From assembly GCA_004764695.1 (NCBI GenBank), contig SMSO01000034.1, forward strand, positions 3,410,001 through 3,474,000: a stretch of 64,000 nt of DNA. The letters run 5' to 3'. The position numbers and the translations under genes were made by a program. Position 1 is the stretch's first letter; each line of letters opens with the position of its first letter. Shown here one piece after another: positions 58,952 to 64,000 of this stretch. The DNA comes from Schizochytrium sp. TIO01. Taxonomy: Eukaryota; Protista; Bigyra: Labyrinthulomycetes. Under the pieces are notes generated by a model. The model searched no databases and was not told where the DNA came from. It saw nothing but the letters and a program-made list of their open reading frames with translations.

Positions 58952-60035
58952 TTGATCCAAAGCATTGAGTGGTGGCGTGATACATGAAAACACTACAGAG
59001 AAAGTGACCCTTTGTTTGTTGGAAACGGGTAAGAAAACAAAATGAGTGCTAGGAAAACAAACATACTTTGGCACTTTCTTTCCGCCTCGTGTCGAGTGGT
59101 CGATCGCTTCGAGTTTCGATCTCAGGCTCTTTCCTTCGGAATTATTTGTTTGAGAATGCGGATTAGAAAGACAGGCAGGAAGAGAAGAAATCTCCCCACA
59201 GGCCGTGAAGGGTCCATCATGTCATACTTGTATTCTGCTGTGAGTGCGTGCAAAGCACATCGCAGAAATTGATACAAGTATAAAAAGCGCACAACAAATT
59301 GCCGAGAAAAGTGCCACAAGAGTATGTCGCCTGAACTGAGGAGAAGCAGCCGGCTGCCATTGGTTCCCAGCAGAAGCAAAGGCCCGGGTAATCTTGTAGA
59401 AATTCTGGGCAGGAATCGAGGCAGCAAGCGTGTGGCCTACAATTGGTAGGCGGTTCTGCTGGTTTGGGGAATGCTTCGGCACCTCAGCCAATGGCGCTTC
59501 GAGTGTCGTTCATGGCAGCAGCTTTACGCATGAGCGAGTCCAGCTTCACGCAATGAGAGCCTTCTGATTCCCAACTTAAGCAAACCTGCAGAGCTTAAGT
59601 TGAAACGGCTGGTGCGGTTCCTCTTCGACTTCGACTCGCATTCAGTGGTGGGCAGGGCTTTCCGTCTTCCTCACATATACATACATTCCTCGCTAGCTAG
59701 ACACGTGCCTAGTAGCAAATCTAAGGCTCCTTCGTTCATTGGCCTCTCGCTCCAAACTTTCAGTTCTCTGGAAAAGAACAATTTGGTGGCCATTGGAACG
59801 ACCGAGGTAAGCACCGTACTAAGGGGATAGGCGTTCCGTTCTTTCTCTGGGAGCAGCCAGTCGCTCACGTAATTGAAGTAAGTACCTAGTAGTACTTTTT
59901 CTTTTCCTTTTCTTTTCTTTTCTTTTCTTGTTGCAAAGAGTATGAAATGAAAGGTCATGGCGATATACCAAAGGAGTAAAAAAGAACAAAAACTTGAGTA
60001 GAAAGCAGTGGAATGAACTATGTCCCCTCTGAATT

Positions 60036-60212
<177 letters not shown>

Positions 60213-63200
60213 CGTTCTTTTCCAAAGGAGCCGCTTTGCTCGTGTCATGCGCGAGGCCCTTTTAGTTTCCTGCCTCCACTGGTTCTCAAGGACCTGGATC
60301 TATCTAAGCGCTGATTGGGTGGAGGAGGCATCGACTGCCCCGGTGGCGACCCTTTCAAGACAGGAATTGCGGGCCGTTGGATTGGCCAACCGAATGATGA
60401 GTTGATCGGCGGTCCGTCGATCCATTCATTCGTTGGATAATCGAGTGATTGGAGCCTTTCCTTTGAGCTGCGAGCACAGACTTCGCATCCCTCAATCTAG
60501 ATTTAGTAGGTACTACAAATTCTAAAGGACAGGCCTATATATTGAACATTGAAAAGAACACCCAAAGAACATTGTTATAGATATATATATGTAATATACT
60601 TGCACGTGTAAAGGGACTCGAAGAGAGAAAGAGAAACGGCGTTCCGATAGAAAGGAACATAAGAAGGAGTGGAGACGAAGAGAAGGGGCAAAGTGGGAAG
60701 AAAGAAAAGAAAGAGAGGAAGAAAAGTATTTGGTGGTTTGCAGCAGACAGACCATCTCAACAGCTTGGAGGGAGAAGTATATATGTACCATCCCTATGCT
60801 CAAAGCAAAAGCATGCATCATATCCCAATACCCATAATTTTACTCCACAGGTTTGTGCATAATCAAACAAACTGGGCATACACCGAAAAGAAAAGCTCAT
60901 CATTGCAGGTTAAAGCGATTCTACAAGCCTGAGATTCCAGGAGTGCTTGTTTTTTATTATTAATTCAATATACTTCATTCAGCCTATCTACAAAATAGAA
61001 TGGATAGAGATCAGCGTACGGTGAGACATGACGAAAAACGATCGTGTGTCATGAGCGCTATAAGCCAAGTGTTTCTGAAAATCAAATGTCGAGACCCGGC
61101 TACAGTTTGATTGTCAGCAGTTGCACTGACGTGGAGATCATCCCGACAGATATATGTATACCTCTTCCTGGCTTCAAAGGAGACTCTCAGATCAAACTGC
61201 ATGAATTTAGTATGACTCGCCACCAATCGCAAAGGGTTTTTATATTTTGCTTCAAGACTCGGAGGAAGACTTTTTACTTTAATTTTACTTAATATATATT
61301 TTTATGTTCATTCTTTCATTACGAGACAAGTTTTCCGGTAACCAACCAAAGAAAGGAATCCGTCGCGGATTTTTGTTTAAATTAAATTTGTTTTTAACAA
61401 AGAAACAGAACGACCTTGCGCCGGAAGGGTGACTACAAGTTCGAATTGCATGATGCGAAAGAGAACAGAGGAGCGAAGTGAATGGTCGAGTGAAAGTAAG
61501 CGAGGTAAAGGTTTGTGTTGACGTAAAAAGAAAACTATCGAGGCCTTGTTGTGCGTTGAAACTGAAAGAAAGACAAGGAAGGCGAGGTTTTCCTCTGTCT
61601 AATCAGTGGCTTTCATTTCTAAAGGATTCAAGGATTCCCTCGCTCTGGTAAGGAAATAAAACAAGTCAAGTGAGTGGAAAGGAAGGAAAGGGTTCACACG
61701 GTCCTTTTCTCTGCTGCTTCATTAAAAGGCTAATCCCGCTGTTCTTTTCCCCTTCCTCCTCTTTTCTTTTCTTTTCTTTTCCTTCCTTCTGTTATGTTTG
61801 TTTTAGCAGATTTGAAATAATAATAAAAAGTGAAAGAAGAGCCTTGAAAAGGAAGAGAACGGAAATTAAAGGCAGCGCTTCTTCCGAAAGCCCTTTTTGA
61901 TTTTCTCTCGCTGGTTCTTCCGCTCACCCATTCGTTGCTATTCTTTTGGCGTTGATTGATACATGCGTACCAAGGGACACATGCGAATACACCGCGGCGC
62001 TTATAATGGTTGGTATAAATGGCATCACCTATGCACCCCTCGTGGACTCTTCACCGTTCCACCAATTGAGAGCCCTTGCATTATTAAAAGTTAAAGCAAA
62101 GCAAAGTAAAACTAATATGCCCAAAAAAGAATGTGCTTTCCATCAAGAGTTCAGGAAAAGAGAAAATACTTACTTTCTGCTACTTAGGCGCCTCTAATGA
62201 TACCTACTACTTGATGGAATTGAAATGGCTAATTGGTGAGAAGTGGAAAAGTAAAAATTACGATAAGTAAAGAAAGAAGCGATTCGTTCTTTTTCCTTGT
62301 TTTCTTTTCTTTTTCTTGTGGTTTCTCTTTCTTTCCCTCCTTTCTGTTTAAAGCAGGTAGTCGTAGCAGTAGTAGAAGTAGTTATTGTTTTTGTTTATAT
62401 TTCCTCTTTCATTCAATCGTTCATTCATCATCATCATCATTCCTCGTTCTTGGAGCTCCCGGCCGTCGAGCCCGTGAGCTATCAAACAAACTGCCTAGGC
62501 GGCGCCTCTGCCGGTTGCAGACACGCGCGCCAACCAGAACACAACCACACCTCCTAAACCCGAGAACGCAGCTACTCGCTGGTCTTTGGTTTATTCTTCA
62601 ACTCATTTGCACATCCATCGTCAGGCGCCAGACCTCGACCTGCTTGTCTGCTTGCTTACTTGCTCACGCAGGCAGTTCAATAACTCTTGCTTCTAGTTCT
62701 CTTGGAGACGAAGCACTCAACAGACAACCAAGAAGGCATTGTGTTGTGCAGTACGAGTAGCAGTCTTTGTTGCCACTAGACGACAGCGAGAGGAGGCAGC
62801 AAGCCCGAGGTCTCGGTTTTCTTTGTTGTCTCTTTGTGTCTGTCTCTTCTCTATCTATCTCTCTTTCTTTGTCTTTTCTTCAATCTCTTTGCTTGTACTC
62901 GTGGTCCCTCTCCTACTACTGCGGCTACTCGTGCTGGTGCCAGTGGCCATCTGCTGTTGCATGCGCTTAAACTCGAGACCCCAAGGCCCCATAACACCTT
63001 GACTCAGGCTGCTCGCAATCCGTGCTTGCTAATTTCGCAGGTGAGCAGGACCCAGACCGTCCTGTGAAGTAAGAGACAAATACAGAAAGCAATAGTAATA
63101 GACAAATATCAGAAAGCCACGAGCGCGTACGTGGGCTTCTCCAGATTTAAAAGCACTCATCGGAAGCGATCACAAGATTCCAAGGGCGTCGGCCGCGTCT

Positions 63201-63519
63201 ATCAAGAGCTCAGTGAGAGGTGAGCGTTTACGGGACAGGTATTGTGAGCTGACGCACCACACGCAAGTAGCGACTCTTGTTATACATTGCCTTGCTGGAG
63301 TTCCTCGCTTTATCAGACTCTGTACTACCTGCCTAGTTTCTTGAGGGGACTACAAAGACTAGCAAACTGTGTCGCCCAGAGCGTGTTAGAGGTTTTGACA
63401 AAATTAGGCCTGCAAAGACGCGCGTGAAAATCTTTCCTTCCAGTCGCAGTATACAAGGCAGCGGGGACACCCCCCGCACACGCCTTAAGGTACCTGCACT
63501 TCGTAAACACTCGAGCACG

Positions 63520-64000
63520 ATGCTCCGCAATGAACTCGAGGAGGTGGAGGATAAGTTCGAGCAAGTCTCATTAAGGAAACGATCAAGACATGTTTCTTTC
63601 GTCAGCACAAGTCGAAGGCATTGTGCTCCAAAGCTCAGTGCCGGGGCTGCTCGGTCACCAGGCACGCTCCTCCCTCATAAGGCAGTCAGCTTTAGTCTCA
63701 CCGATCGTGGTGCACTTGATATGCGCAAAAAGCGTTTTGATGATGAAGCAGACGAAGTTGAAGGACTCCTGGAGTGTCTTCCGACTGCTCGATTTGGGAC
63801 GCTTGAGCTCACTCCCCTCATGATTGCGGCACGTGCCGGAGACCTTGGCACTGTCGAAGCCCTTCTAGAACGTGGCGCCAATCCAATGGATAGTGACTGC
63901 AGAGGCTTTGATGCGCTCATGTATGCCGTGCGCGATGGACATGCTATTGTCGCACATTTACTCCTCAAGGCTATTAAACGAGCTGTCAGCCGTTCAGGAG
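63520..64000 (+). CDS. Ankyrin-repeat protein, 3'-partial (frame open from 63337; upstream exons possible)
   Basis: Manual translation gives ...LTPLMIAARAGDLGTVEALLERGANPMDSDCRGFDALMYAVRDGHAIVAHLLL, two ankyrin repeats. The frame runs off the window end and so is missing from the ORF track. Confidence 0.88.
   Translation, partial: MLRNELEEVEDKFEQVSLRKRSRHVSFVSTSRRHCAPKLSAGAARSPGTLLPHKAVSFSLTDRGALDMRKKRFDDEADEVEGLLECLPTARFGTLELTPLMIAARAGDLGTVEALLERGANPMDSDCRGFDALMYAVRDGHAIVAHLLLKAIKRAVSRSG

Overview
Eukaryotic nuclear DNA with few introns (GT-AG introns with CTRAC branch points) and microsatellite-rich intergenic tracts. This resembles a stramenopile, plausibly a thraustochytrid/labyrinthulomycete (inference only). 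There are three zones. (1) 1-32.7 kb, housekeeping genes: TRF4/PAPD5-like nucleotidyltransferase (5'-partial), plant-TPK-like two-pore K+ channel, DPH5, a sulfotransferase, an intron-containing LarB (nickel-pincer cofactor biosynthesis), a SETD3-like methyltransferase, a NadD-like adenylyltransferase, an unusual shikimate kinase + degenerate DHQase + 2x shikimate dehydrogenase fusion, a 2-oxoglutarate/malate carrier and RPL11. (2) ~33-48 kb, a tightly packed, microsatellite-poor island of orphan-like genes with a decayed left edge: a spliced membrane protein, a P-loop ATPase, a ~970 aa divergent papain-like protease with a PAN/Apple domain, two paralogous 2-TM mucin-stalk proteins, a Crinkler-type NTPase-REase, an LRR-like protein and a tandem paralog pair. 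It is a candidate endogenous viral or effector island, but no viral hallmark gene is visible. (3) 48-63.3 kb, a gene-poor microsatellite-rich tract, then a 3'-partial ankyrin gene. Four genes carry single-base frameshifts, three of them clearly in short homopolymers, most likely assembly errors.
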